57,188 nt of DNA from a virus. The notes under the pieces are model-generated. The model did not search any database. It was given only the letters and a program-made list of their open reading frames with translations, and was not told where the DNA came from. How positions within the stretch are numbered: the stretch's first letter is position 1; the number at the start of each line of letters is the position of its first letter. Positions 16,783 through 24,663 of the stretch are shown here, piece after piece. Location: positions 1 through 57,188 of IMG/VR virus record IMGVR_UViG_3300050029_000117. One strand, 5' to 3'. The translations under genes and the position numbers were made by a program.

Positions 16783-18018
16783 TTAAGATAGTGTAGCAGC
16801 ACTGCCTCCGCCCACTTCCACATACCAGATGGTTCCAACAGTCTTAACGACACCAAACGCTTCTTTGACCGCACGCATGACGCCGGGCCAATTTTCCGAG
16901 AAGTCGTGGCCCGCGATTACCCGCTTGGCCTTATCTCGCCAGGCTTCAATATTCGCTTTGCACCCTTCGTAGGTGTGCTCTGCGTCGATAAATACCATGT
17001 CCGCATCTTCAACGCAAGCGGCCATTTCCGAGCTGTTGCCGCGTGCGACCCGCAGGTTGGGGTACTGACCGACATTACGTTGGAACGTCTGAAAAACGTC
17101 CTCTTTTTCAACTATTTCCGACAAAATGCCGTTACTCGACGGGTCGTGGCCGGTCCAATTGTCAACGCATGTGACCATGCCCTTGCAACCCTCCAGCAGT
17201 ACCGTCGCACTGCGCCCTTTCCACGACCCCAGCTCAACCACACTACCCATCCGACCGGCGGTATTAAGCAACCACTCCAACTCTTGGTCGGTCATAAAGC
17301 CGTCGATCACCCGTGCTTTTTGTACGGCGGGTGGGTACTGCGCCTGTTTCTGCATAAACTCATGGAAGTTACCCGAAAATCCTTTGCTACCTTCGTGAAT
17401 GAAATCCACGTTGGGCAAACAGTGCATCTTGCCACCAATTTCCGACCAGAGATGACAGAAACCGTAGTCATCACCATACCACCGGCCCTTCTTGACAAAC
17501 GTACCGAACAGGTCATGGGTCATCAAACCGCTGGCGCAGTCGCGGTACGCAAGTTGCGGGTAAGCGTCCTGCATCTTTTCCAGTACGTGCCGGCGAATCT
17601 TGAGGAAACCTGTGGCCAGACCTTCAGCCAGCAGCACACCATTCTCATTGACCGGATGATGGTTTGCGTCGGTTGCCAGCGACACGGCAAATTCCTCAAC
17701 GGCCTGCTTCTTGGGGTACGCTCCACCAATTACATCCTCGGTGCTGGTAATCAGATCCCGGAATGCTTGCGGTGAGAATCCCAGATCTGCGTCGATAAAT
17801 ACCAGATCGGTGCATTCCGACGCCATAAACCGCCGGACCAAGTTGTTGCGGGCCATGGTCACATAGGGGCATCCGGGCTCAAACTTGAACTCGAAAGGAA
17901 CCTCCATAAGCAGGAGGGCTTGCATGGCGTTCATCAGAGACTGGACGGTGGATACGCATACCTTCTTGTCGTAGCAGGGAATGCCGATAAAGATTTTTAC
18001 TGGGGGTGCTTCAGTCAT
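16783..18018 (-). CDS. bifunctional GT-A-type glycosyltransferase / class I SAM-dependent methyltransferase fusion
   Basis: N-terminal half: IGIPCYDKK...ARNNLV...LVFIDADLGF, with a DxD. C-terminal half: GFMTDQELEWLLN...VVELGSWKGRSATVLL...VFIDAEHTYEGC...IAGHDF, a Methyltransf_24/TylF-like pattern. Confidence 0.6.
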   Translation of the reverse strand: MTEAPPVKIFIGIPCYDKKVCVSTVQSLMNAMQALLLMEVPFEFKFEPGCPYVTMARNNLVRRFMASECTDLVFIDADLGFSPQAFRDLITSTEDVIGGAYPKKQAVEEFAVSLATDANHHPVNENGVLLAEGLATGFLKIRRHVLEKMQDAYPQLAYRDCASGLMTHDLFGTFVKKGRWYGDDYGFCHLWSEIGGKMHCLPNVDFIHEGSKGFSGNFHEFMQKQAQYPPAVQKARVIDGFMTDQELEWLLNTAGRMGSVVELGSWKGRSATVLLEGCKGMVTCVDNWTGHDPSSNGILSEIVEKEDVFQTFQRNVGQYPNLRVARGNSSEMAACVEDADMVFIDAEHTYEGCKANIEAWRDKAKRVIAGHDFSENWPGVMRAVKEAFGVVKTVGTIWYVEVGGGSAATLS

Positions 18019-18086
18019 TACTCTTCTCCTTTATGACGGGGTTTGTAGTACGGCCACCCGACGTTCTCCACCCCGTCATAGAGTAG

Positions 18087-18105
18087 AGTCCGCCGGGGGC
18101 CGACT
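18087..18105 (-). terminator. GC-rich hairpin just after the decoration-gene stop (partial terminator candidate)
   Basis: AGTCCGCC-ggg-GGCCGACT imperfect inverted repeat. A second 11-bp perfect inverted repeat, TATGACGGGGT/ACCCCGTCATA, lies at 18032-18080. Confidence 0.35.
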
Positions 18106-18115
18106 GGTAGAGGGC

Positions 18116-19771
18116 TTACGCCCCTTTCATTGCACTCAGACCTGATTCACTGAAAGTCTGTTGCATCTCATTGACCAGGTTGGTAAGGCCAACGCGGCTG
18201 GCGGACAGGGCCACCCAACTTCCCGGTACGCCCCCGCCGGCTCCTACGGCATTGAAAACGCCGATGGTGTAAATCTCGGTAGCCGGAATAATAGCAACCG
18301 CCGTGACGTTCTCGAAGGTAATGGCCAGTGTATTTGCTGCACTGACCCTGACCCCCGCGATACCCAGACCAGCCTGGAAGGACGGCTTATTGACAAAAGC
18401 AGTCGAAGGGCTGGAGTTGATAAACGGGAGACCCGCAACAGTAAATGTCTGCTCGGCGGTAGTGTTGGCAGCTACCGAAGTGGGAGCCAACTGTGATGTC
18501 AGCACCGTGAACGGTGACAACGGGGTCTGCTGGAATGTCGTCACAAAATAGACATCCGTAGCAGACGGGGTGATAGCCGCTGCGGTGGCGTTCATAAACT
18601 GGAGCGCCAGTGTATTAGCTGCACTGATCCTGGAGTTTACAACTGCCAGACCCGCATTGAGGGAGGGCTTGGATGTTCCCACCCCAATATCAGTAGCCAG
18701 CAGGCCGTTAACCGTAAAGGTCTGCTCGGCGGATGTCGCGCTGGCGACCGAGACCAGACCAGTTGCTACGACACCATACCCTACGGTATGCTCCCCGGTG
18801 GGCAGCGAGTGCAGACCGACAACCGAATACGTCTCAGCAGCGGTCGGTGTGATCGCGGCGGTAGTACCGCTGATATTGGCGTATGTGATACCGATCTGGT
18901 TCACACCAGTTACGCGGGCATTCACAATAGCCAGACCGGCCTGAGCGGTCGGCTTGGTGACCATGACGGCCATGCCGGGGGCGATTGTATTGCCACCTAG
19001 GAATGTAACGGTCGGAGCGACGGTGTAGCCACTGCCGGGGTTGGTAACTTGGATACCAGTCACCGTACCGCCCGACAGGATAGGTACAGCCGAAGCACCA
19101 GTACCCAGCGGGGCGATAGTGCTATTGGCCGGATTGACCTGCGGTGTGGCTACCCCGTAGTTAAATACAACGGTCGGCGGGGTCGTGTAGTTGGACCCGG
19201 CACTGGTCATACGCACGCCGGTAACCTGACCGTTGGCGACAAGAGCCGTGCCGGCAGCTGCAACCGGTGTCAGGTTGAAAATCTGCTCTGCCGTAGTGTT
19301 GGCGGCAACAGCGGCGGGGGTGAGTGCCTGCGAATGAACGGGCATACCCCTCAGGACGGTCACATTATACACCTGGGTTGCGGTAGGTGTCAGCGTGGCG
19401 CCGCTGGTGTTGGAGTAGGTCAGGAACAGGGTATTGGCCGCACTGATACGGGCGGTGTGAACACCGAGTCCCGCCTGGGAGGTGGCTTTGTTGACCGCCG
19501 CTACAAAGTCGCCGGCAAGCAGGCCATTACCCGCTGTGGTGCCGACTGTTAGGGACTGCTCGGCGGCTGTCAAAGTGGCGATAGTGGCGGGCGTGAGGGT
19601 CTGCTGGTATGTCACGACCTGCGCCCCAGACCCACCGAATAGTGGACCCTGCGAGGGGTTGGACCGCTGAGGTACAACACCACCGTTGTAAAACGCGATA
19701 GGGTCTACCGCACTTGCTCCGAGGCTTGCACCGTCAACCTGATCGCCTGTAAAAATTCTTGGTTGTCCCAT
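18116..19771 (-). CDS. capsid decoration / surface protein with four tandem ~85-aa beta-domain repeats
   Basis: Immediately downstream of the MCP gene. The repeated pattern is T(A/S)AEQ(T/I)F...(K/N)(P/A)(S/T)xQAGL...(R)(I/V)SAANTL...(F/Y)xN...TP(T/S)AT(Q/D/E)(V/I)Y. Thr/Ala/Ser-rich. The second repeat carries two GxGYxxxPxVxF inserts. Confidence 0.55.
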   Translation of the reverse strand: MGQPRIFTGDQVDGASLGASAVDPIAFYNGGVVPQRSNPSQGPLFGGSGAQVVTYQQTLTPATIATLTAAEQSLTVGTTAGNGLLAGDFVAAVNKATSQAGLGVHTARISAANTLFLTYSNTSGATLTPTATQVYNVTVLRGMPVHSQALTPAAVAANTTAEQIFNLTPVAAAGTALVANGQVTGVRMTSAGSNYTTPPTVVFNYGVATPQVNPANSTIAPLGTGASAVPILSGGTVTGIQVTNPGSGYTVAPTVTFLGGNTIAPGMAVMVTKPTAQAGLAIVNARVTGVNQIGITYANISGTTAAITPTAAETYSVVGLHSLPTGEHTVGYGVVATGLVSVASATSAEQTFTVNGLLATDIGVGTSKPSLNAGLAVVNSRISAANTLALQFMNATAAAITPSATDVYFVTTFQQTPLSPFTVLTSQLAPTSVAANTTAEQTFTVAGLPFINSSPSTAFVNKPSFQAGLGIAGVRVSAANTLAITFENVTAVAIIPATEIYTIGVFNAVGAGGGVPGSWVALSASRVGLTNLVNEMQQTFSESGLSAMKGA

Positions 19772-19788
19772 GGTTATTTTCTCCTTAC

Positions 19789-19808
19789 GCGGGGCTCAAT
19801 GGCCCCGC
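19789..19808 (-). promoter_or_regulatory. 7-bp GC hairpin between the MCP stop and the decoration-gene SD
   Basis: GCGGGGC-6 nt-GCCCCGC, with no U-tract. Possible attenuator or mRNA-stability element. Confidence 0.35.
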
Positions 19809-19817
19809 TGAATGTGA

Positions 19818-21065
19818 TTATTTAGTTATACGGCAAGCAAGCTGCGGACGGCAGGCCAGATACCCATACAGAATATCCAGACGGCTCAGGTACAGGTTGT
19901 TGATGATGTCGAATCCGCGCAAGATACGCAGACTGATACCTTCAGATACTTCCCTGTAGCACATATCCATACCCTTTGGCAAGGTCATATCGCCGGTTAC
20001 GAAAGTAAAGGCGTCTTTGTGGTACGCGAGGTTCTGACCGTAGCTGGTCGAAGCAGCACCAACAAACACGACGGAGCCTGCAACGCCGCTGGTTGGGCTG
20101 GCGGTCACATTGGCATAGGGGTTCTGTGCAGCCGGGGCGGCGACAACCGGAATGATTGCTGGGCTGATGTTCAAGACCACGTTACCGTTGGCATCAGCGG
20201 TGTATACACCTGTTGCTCCGGCATCAGCTGTAGCAACAAACTGCTGAAGCGCACCAAAAGTCACCTTTGTGTCAGGGTGGACTTTATTGGAGCCAGCCAG
20301 GGTGAACACCGTACCCTGTGTGATGGTCGCACCTGCGGTGAATCCACCCAGACTGATGGTACTACCGATCTGATTGGGGCCGTTGACGAATACGTTGGCG
20401 CTACCGGCCATCGTACCAGTGGTGTGGACAGGAGCCAGCTCATTCTCGTAGAAGTCGAAGTTACTGGCGCGACCCATAGCCCCTTCCAGGAACTGATCGG
20501 AAATCTCGTCACGTGGGTTGAAAAAGTTGGTCATACCGTTGACCAGCGACGCCGAGGTTACAGAGTCAACCTGGACCTTACGGCCCTTACCTTTGGGCGC
20601 GAGGCTCTGGTTAAGCAGAGTCTTGGCATTCAGGAAAGGCAGGATACCGGCAGGAGTTACGCCTGCGGTACCGGTCAGCTGGTACACATCCTTGAACATG
20701 CCAAAGGCGTCATTCTCGATGTTGGCCACAATCATGGAGATTGCGGGATCAAGAATACGCTCGGCAAAATCCTCGATGTTAAGGGCCAGATCGGTATCGC
20801 TGAAATCCATATCAGCACCGCCGATATTAGCGAGTACCAGGACCACGTTGGTTTCGTTGGTGGCCTGCATGTTGGCAACCGGCCCACGGCGGAAATTGTA
20901 CTGGTTGGGCAACCGGATTTTCAGTTGGTTGCCGATTTTGGCGTTTTCCTGGCCGAACTGATCATCGTATTGACGGCCAATGGTGCCTAGAAACGTGCTC
21001 TTGTTGTGAAGGACTGCGAGCGCCTTACGGGTTATTTTTATATCTGTCAAAAAATTTGAACTCAC
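19818..21065 (-). CDS. major capsid protein (P22 coat-like HK97 fold)
   Basis: 415 aa with a GTG start and AAGGAGAG SD. Lies after the scaffold gene. The C-terminal ...RILRGFDIINNLYLSRLDILYGY and N-terminal motifs are typical of P22-type coat proteins. Confidence 0.75.
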   Translation of the reverse strand: MSSNFLTDIKITRKALAVLHNKSTFLGTIGRQYDDQFGQENAKIGNQLKIRLPNQYNFRRGPVANMQATNETNVVLVLANIGGADMDFSDTDLALNIEDFAERILDPAISMIVANIENDAFGMFKDVYQLTGTAGVTPAGILPFLNAKTLLNQSLAPKGKGRKVQVDSVTSASLVNGMTNFFNPRDEISDQFLEGAMGRASNFDFYENELAPVHTTGTMAGSANVFVNGPNQIGSTISLGGFTAGATITQGTVFTLAGSNKVHPDTKVTFGALQQFVATADAGATGVYTADANGNVVLNISPAIIPVVAAPAAQNPYANVTASPTSGVAGSVVFVGAASTSYGQNLAYHKDAFTFVTGDMTLPKGMDMCYREVSEGISLRILRGFDIINNLYLSRLDILYGYLACRPQLACRITK

Positions 21066-21080
21066 TGTGTACTCTCCTTT

Positions 21081-21995
21081 TTACCTCCTGAAACTGGCCT
21101 CACGCATCTCCCTGATCACATCTGCTGCCGGTCGCTTATCGTCATCTACTTCGATTGCGCCCCGTGTGGTTACCGGTGTGATCGGTGGTGGTGCGCTACT
21201 GACCTGTCTAACAGGGGTGCTTTTATTTAATGTGCTTTCAAGTTTGACCAGCTCGCGCATTGCTGCTACGGCGCCGAGTCGTGCGATACGTGCAGTATCC
21301 TGCTTGTTGTTGTAGAGGTGGCGCAAGAGTTCCGGGCCGACCTCAGATTCCAAAATTGCTTCCTGCATGATCCCGTTAAGGGGTAGCTGGTACTGACCGG
21401 GCTGATGCCAATTATCGGCAATATCCTGTAGCTCGGGGTCCAGCTCGGCGGCTTTTTCCAACCGCTTCAAGTACTCGGTGTGCTTCTGAGCCTGTGTCTG
21501 CTGCTCGGTCTGCTGGTGCGACTCCTGTTTCAAGTCGTATTTCACCTTGGCCGTCACATACTCGTCTCGCTTCGCCTGGTACTCGCGGTTGAGCCGCTTC
21601 TGCGCTTTTTCGTACTCGCTGTAGTCGTCAAAATCTGTAGAGTCCAGATCGTCCGGTTCAGTCGGTGGTTGCGGCGGACCGGCTGGCTTTACTGGCTCGG
21701 GTGGTGTCGGTACTCCTGGGGCTTTACCCCCCGCTTCCGCTACACCTTTCCAATACGCTGCCTCTTCCTTCGCTTCCTGCCGTCTCTTCCGTTCACCCTC
21801 AAGTGCGGTGAGTGGGACCATTGTGGCTGGTGGTGGGTCTGCCTGGGGCGGGTCTGCCGCTGCCGGGGGGTCTACCTGTGCGGGGTCAGCCGCTGGTGGA
21901 TCAACCTGGGGCGGGTCTGCCGCTGCCGGGGGGTCTGTTACAACCACTTCACCTCTGTTGCCTGCGAGTAATTCAAAGAGCTTCATGTTACACAT
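21081..21995 (-). CDS. scaffolding protein (putative)
   Basis: Lies directly upstream of the MCP gene. Acidic and helical, with an N-terminal (A)DPPQ(V/A)DPPAA repeats encoded by ~32-bp direct DNA repeats at about 21840-21934. Confidence 0.5.
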   Translation of the reverse strand: MCNMKLFELLAGNRGEVVVTDPPAAADPPQVDPPAADPAQVDPPAAADPPQADPPPATMVPLTALEGERKRRQEAKEEAAYWKGVAEAGGKAPGVPTPPEPVKPAGPPQPPTEPDDLDSTDFDDYSEYEKAQKRLNREYQAKRDEYVTAKVKYDLKQESHQQTEQQTQAQKHTEYLKRLEKAAELDPELQDIADNWHQPGQYQLPLNGIMQEAILESEVGPELLRHLYNNKQDTARIARLGAVAAMRELVKLESTLNKSTPVRQVSSAPPPITPVTTRGAIEVDDDKRPAADVIREMREASFRR

Positions 21996-22137
21996 CCTTT
22001 CTCCTGCACGCCCGTTAGAGGCCGGCTACGCCTGTATTGTGCTACGCGCCCTTACCCCGGCGACGGGTTTACTGCGTACTATTTCACATAAGCGGCCTTT
22101 TCTATAATAGCGGGGTTGCTGTTTTACTTTTTGTGAG

Positions 22138-23940
22138 TTACTGCCTCCATACCGCTATCCGTCCAAATTTCAGTGTTAGCGTTTTTGAGTTGGTTATCGC
22201 CCCATCAGCGCGTACATACATTTGTAATGTTGCTGCTGAGATGGTTGTGGCTGATGCTGGTATTGTTAATATCGGGGTTCGTAGGTGCAGCACTTTGTCG
22301 GCATTTATCGAAACAGCGGTAGCCTCGTATCCCTCGATAGCACGGGTACTGAGTGACGCACCGTCAACCGTGGCGCGGAGGTCAAAAAATAGTTCCGTTA
22401 CTGGTGTATCCACCCAACTCGTAGAACTAATAAATACTTCTACTTCGGCATAATATGACCCACCCACTACCATGCGAGGCAAAAGTGTTGTGGTACTGCC
22501 ATATCCCTGGATACCTATCAAATTGCCCGATGCCATAGCAGTAACATCAATCTGCTGTACGTTGCCATACCCCGATGGATGTGCCGTAACAGAGCAGACC
22601 GCCGTGGGGGTCCCGGAAATTGCGCCAGCCCCTAATTCCCCCGCTACAACGCCGGTTGCTGTCCCTGACAGCGATCCGCCGGTTGCCGTGGCGAGTACGG
22701 GGTTGTTAAATATATTTTTGCTGCGACCCGCCTTGATCGTTCCGGTTGCTGCACCATCTGCACCAGCGGCAGCAAATGTGAATGTATCGGCCGCCGCTGT
22801 CGCCACCACAAAAACATTATTCAGGTCGGCTGGTGTAGCTCCAGTTACAGCGAATTGTTCACCCGCTCGAAAACCGTGTGCCGTGGCGGTTGCTGTGACA
22901 ATTCCCGATGTTCGGCTGAGTGTTACAGTGATTGATGAGTTTGCAAAACAATTGGTAGTTGACACAGGGCGCGTATCGGATTCGGTGGGTGCTATCGTGG
23001 CAACTATAGCGGCAACGGTGGCACCTATTCCACTGGCGGCAATTACACTGTAGTGGATTTTGTCCGCGATTTTGAAGTTGGTCGCAGTAGCAAGACCCGT
23101 TGTATCTGTGGGGTTCACAGTTCTACGGAACGCGTCAACATAGTAAAAACCGGCGTTGTCCTTGTAATTATCGTATATACGCTTGTTGAGGGTTTGTACC
23201 CTCTGCATATTTTGAACCGTTGCCCGCGCTTCCCCGGATGCCACAGGTGTCGCTGATACCAGGATAAGTTTTGATCCACTTCCTAGAATGCGAGTAATAA
23301 TTTTGCACATGGAGGTGTAAGTGGTTTCCTCGTCAATCGGACCATTTGATACGCTCTGGTCGTTAATTGTAGGACTCTGCATTAAAACAAGTTGCGGCTG
23401 GTACGCCATAACATCCGCTTCCAGCCTTGCCAGCACATCAACAGACGTATCCCCTGATTGAGCGCCATTTGATACGATATTCAGGGGGTAAGATCTCAGT
23501 ATCTGCACCCAATTCACCCACGAATGCCCACTCCTGCGGTGTGAATAACGGGTGAAGCATGTTCCAGGGACAGTGCCGTTTGGGATGTCCCGTGGAATGT
23601 CCGGCAGTAGCACGGTGTATGTATTATCATCAACTCGTGTAGCAATGAGATTTCGATGTTTTTTAATGCTGGGGTAATTCCGGTGCCAGATGGTCACATT
23701 CGCGCCGGTCCATAATTTATGGCCCGTTTCTACCACCGTAAGCACGCCTGTTGCGTTGTTGTAGGTGAATGACGTGGGAGCGCCAACCACGTCCCACCAA
23801 TCCGTCATTGAATCACCACAAAGTACGGTCCGCAAGCCCGTGGACCCACTAGGCCCTCTCACTCCTTGCCCACCACCAAACCCAAACGCCCACGCATTCC
23901 CCGCCCACAAACACATTGCTATAATCAGTAATCGCCTCAC
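22138..23940 (-). CDS. secreted-type SGNH/GDSL hydrolase (esterase/deacetylase) with C-terminal beta-rich binding domains
   Basis: GTG start. Signal peptide MRRLLIIAMCLWAGNAWA. GDS block VLCGDSMTDWW, and DKIHYS as a DxxH block. The C-terminal region resembles fibre or carbohydrate-binding modules. Confidence 0.55.
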   Translation of the reverse strand: MRRLLIIAMCLWAGNAWAFGFGGGQGVRGPSGSTGLRTVLCGDSMTDWWDVVGAPTSFTYNNATGVLTVVETGHKLWTGANVTIWHRNYPSIKKHRNLIATRVDDNTYTVLLPDIPRDIPNGTVPGTCFTRYSHRRSGHSWVNWVQILRSYPLNIVSNGAQSGDTSVDVLARLEADVMAYQPQLVLMQSPTINDQSVSNGPIDEETTYTSMCKIITRILGSGSKLILVSATPVASGEARATVQNMQRVQTLNKRIYDNYKDNAGFYYVDAFRRTVNPTDTTGLATATNFKIADKIHYSVIAASGIGATVAAIVATIAPTESDTRPVSTTNCFANSSITVTLSRTSGIVTATATAHGFRAGEQFAVTGATPADLNNVFVVATAAADTFTFAAAGADGAATGTIKAGRSKNIFNNPVLATATGGSLSGTATGVVAGELGAGAISGTPTAVCSVTAHPSGYGNVQQIDVTAMASGNLIGIQGYGSTTTLLPRMVVGGSYYAEVEVFISSTSWVDTPVTELFFDLRATVDGASLSTRAIEGYEATAVSINADKVLHLRTPILTIPASATTISAATLQMYVRADGAITNSKTLTLKFGRIAVWRQ

Positions 23941-24045
23941 TTTCCACCCCCCATCCCGGCCTCAAATATCAGCCGGTGCAGCTCAGCCACCCGGTCTCGC
24001 AGGGCCGTGATATACAACTCCATTTGTTCAATCTCAGTCTGTAAG

Positions 24046-24444
24046 TCACATACCCTGGACATAGTTTGTCCCGGCACCAAACGCCACCGTTACCGAGTTC
24101 ACATTAACCTGCCCGAGAAATATGGTGCACATCACACCACCTGGGCAGATAAACGTCTTGGTGGTATCTGAGTTGTAATAGTATGTGGTGTCGTTAGACG
24201 GGTACAGACTGACACCCCACCAGCCGGTCACATTCACATTGCCTGTCGCGCCACTGGCCGGGAAATAAAATGTTACCGTACCCGTCATTGCTGTGGTGAC
24301 TTGGCTCTTTGCCGGGTCGGGCACAATGGATTGTATGGTACCCAGCCCGTTACCCTGAGTGGTCGGTACGGTCTGACCGCCCGGTGCGGCTATGGCTGCG
24401 GTAGCGAGTACGAGTAATGCGAGTAGTGTGGCTACCAGTCTCAT
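24046..24444 (-). CDS. 132-aa secreted beta-rich protein
   Basis: Canonical signal peptide MRLVATLLALLVLATAAIA-AP. ATGA overlap with the upstream gene. Confidence 0.5.
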   Translation of the reverse strand: MRLVATLLALLVLATAAIAAPGGQTVPTTQGNGLGTIQSIVPDPAKSQVTTAMTGTVTFYFPASGATGNVNVTGWWGVSLYPSNDTTYYYNSDTTKTFICPGGVMCTIFLGQVNVNSVTVAFGAGTNYVQGM

Positions 24445-24662
24445 TTTTTACCTCCCAGTAGTGCTTTAGCGTGGCGCATGGCCTCTGCCTCATTCTTGGC
24501 TACCATGATCTGCTCACCCTTCGGACCGTAGGTGCTGACCGAAAAACCGTTGTCGGCCTCAGTGATACGGATACACTTCTTTTCCCGGTACTGTGCTACC
24601 GTAGGTTCTGGTGCGTCCTTGGTTCTGCGACGACTGACAGTTTTCTTTTTAGGAGTAGCCAT
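24441..24662 (-). CDS. 73-aa basic protein
   Basis: ATG 24662 has a GGAGGG SD and lies 1 nt after the portal stop. MATPKKKTVSRRRTK... The longer ORF-track N-terminus overlaps the portal gene and is rejected. Confidence 0.5.
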   Translation of the reverse strand: MATPKKKTVSRRRTKDAPEPTVAQYREKKCIRITEADNGFSVSTYGPKGEQIMVAKNEAEAMRHAKALLGGKK

Positions 24663-24663
24663 A

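Noticed and set aside
16906-17775. 289-aa plus-strand ORF inside the GT-MT gene. Similar long antisense ORFs occur at 20019..20990, 31380..32483, 39777..40544, 15348..16001 and 8640..9194.
   Set aside because: The opposite strand carries motif-supported genes. In GC-rich coding DNA, long antisense ORFs arise by chance. They lack SDs and coupling signals.
21040-21065. TTGACA hexamer just inside the MCP start codon region
   Set aside because: It lies in coding sequence a few codons into the gene and has no acceptable -10 at 17 nt, so it is judged coincidental.
21838-21940. ~32-bp direct repeats in the scaffold gene as a regulatory or mobile element
   Set aside because: The repeats are in frame and encode the (A)DPPQxDPPAA linker repeats of the protein, so this is ordinary coding low-complexity duplication.
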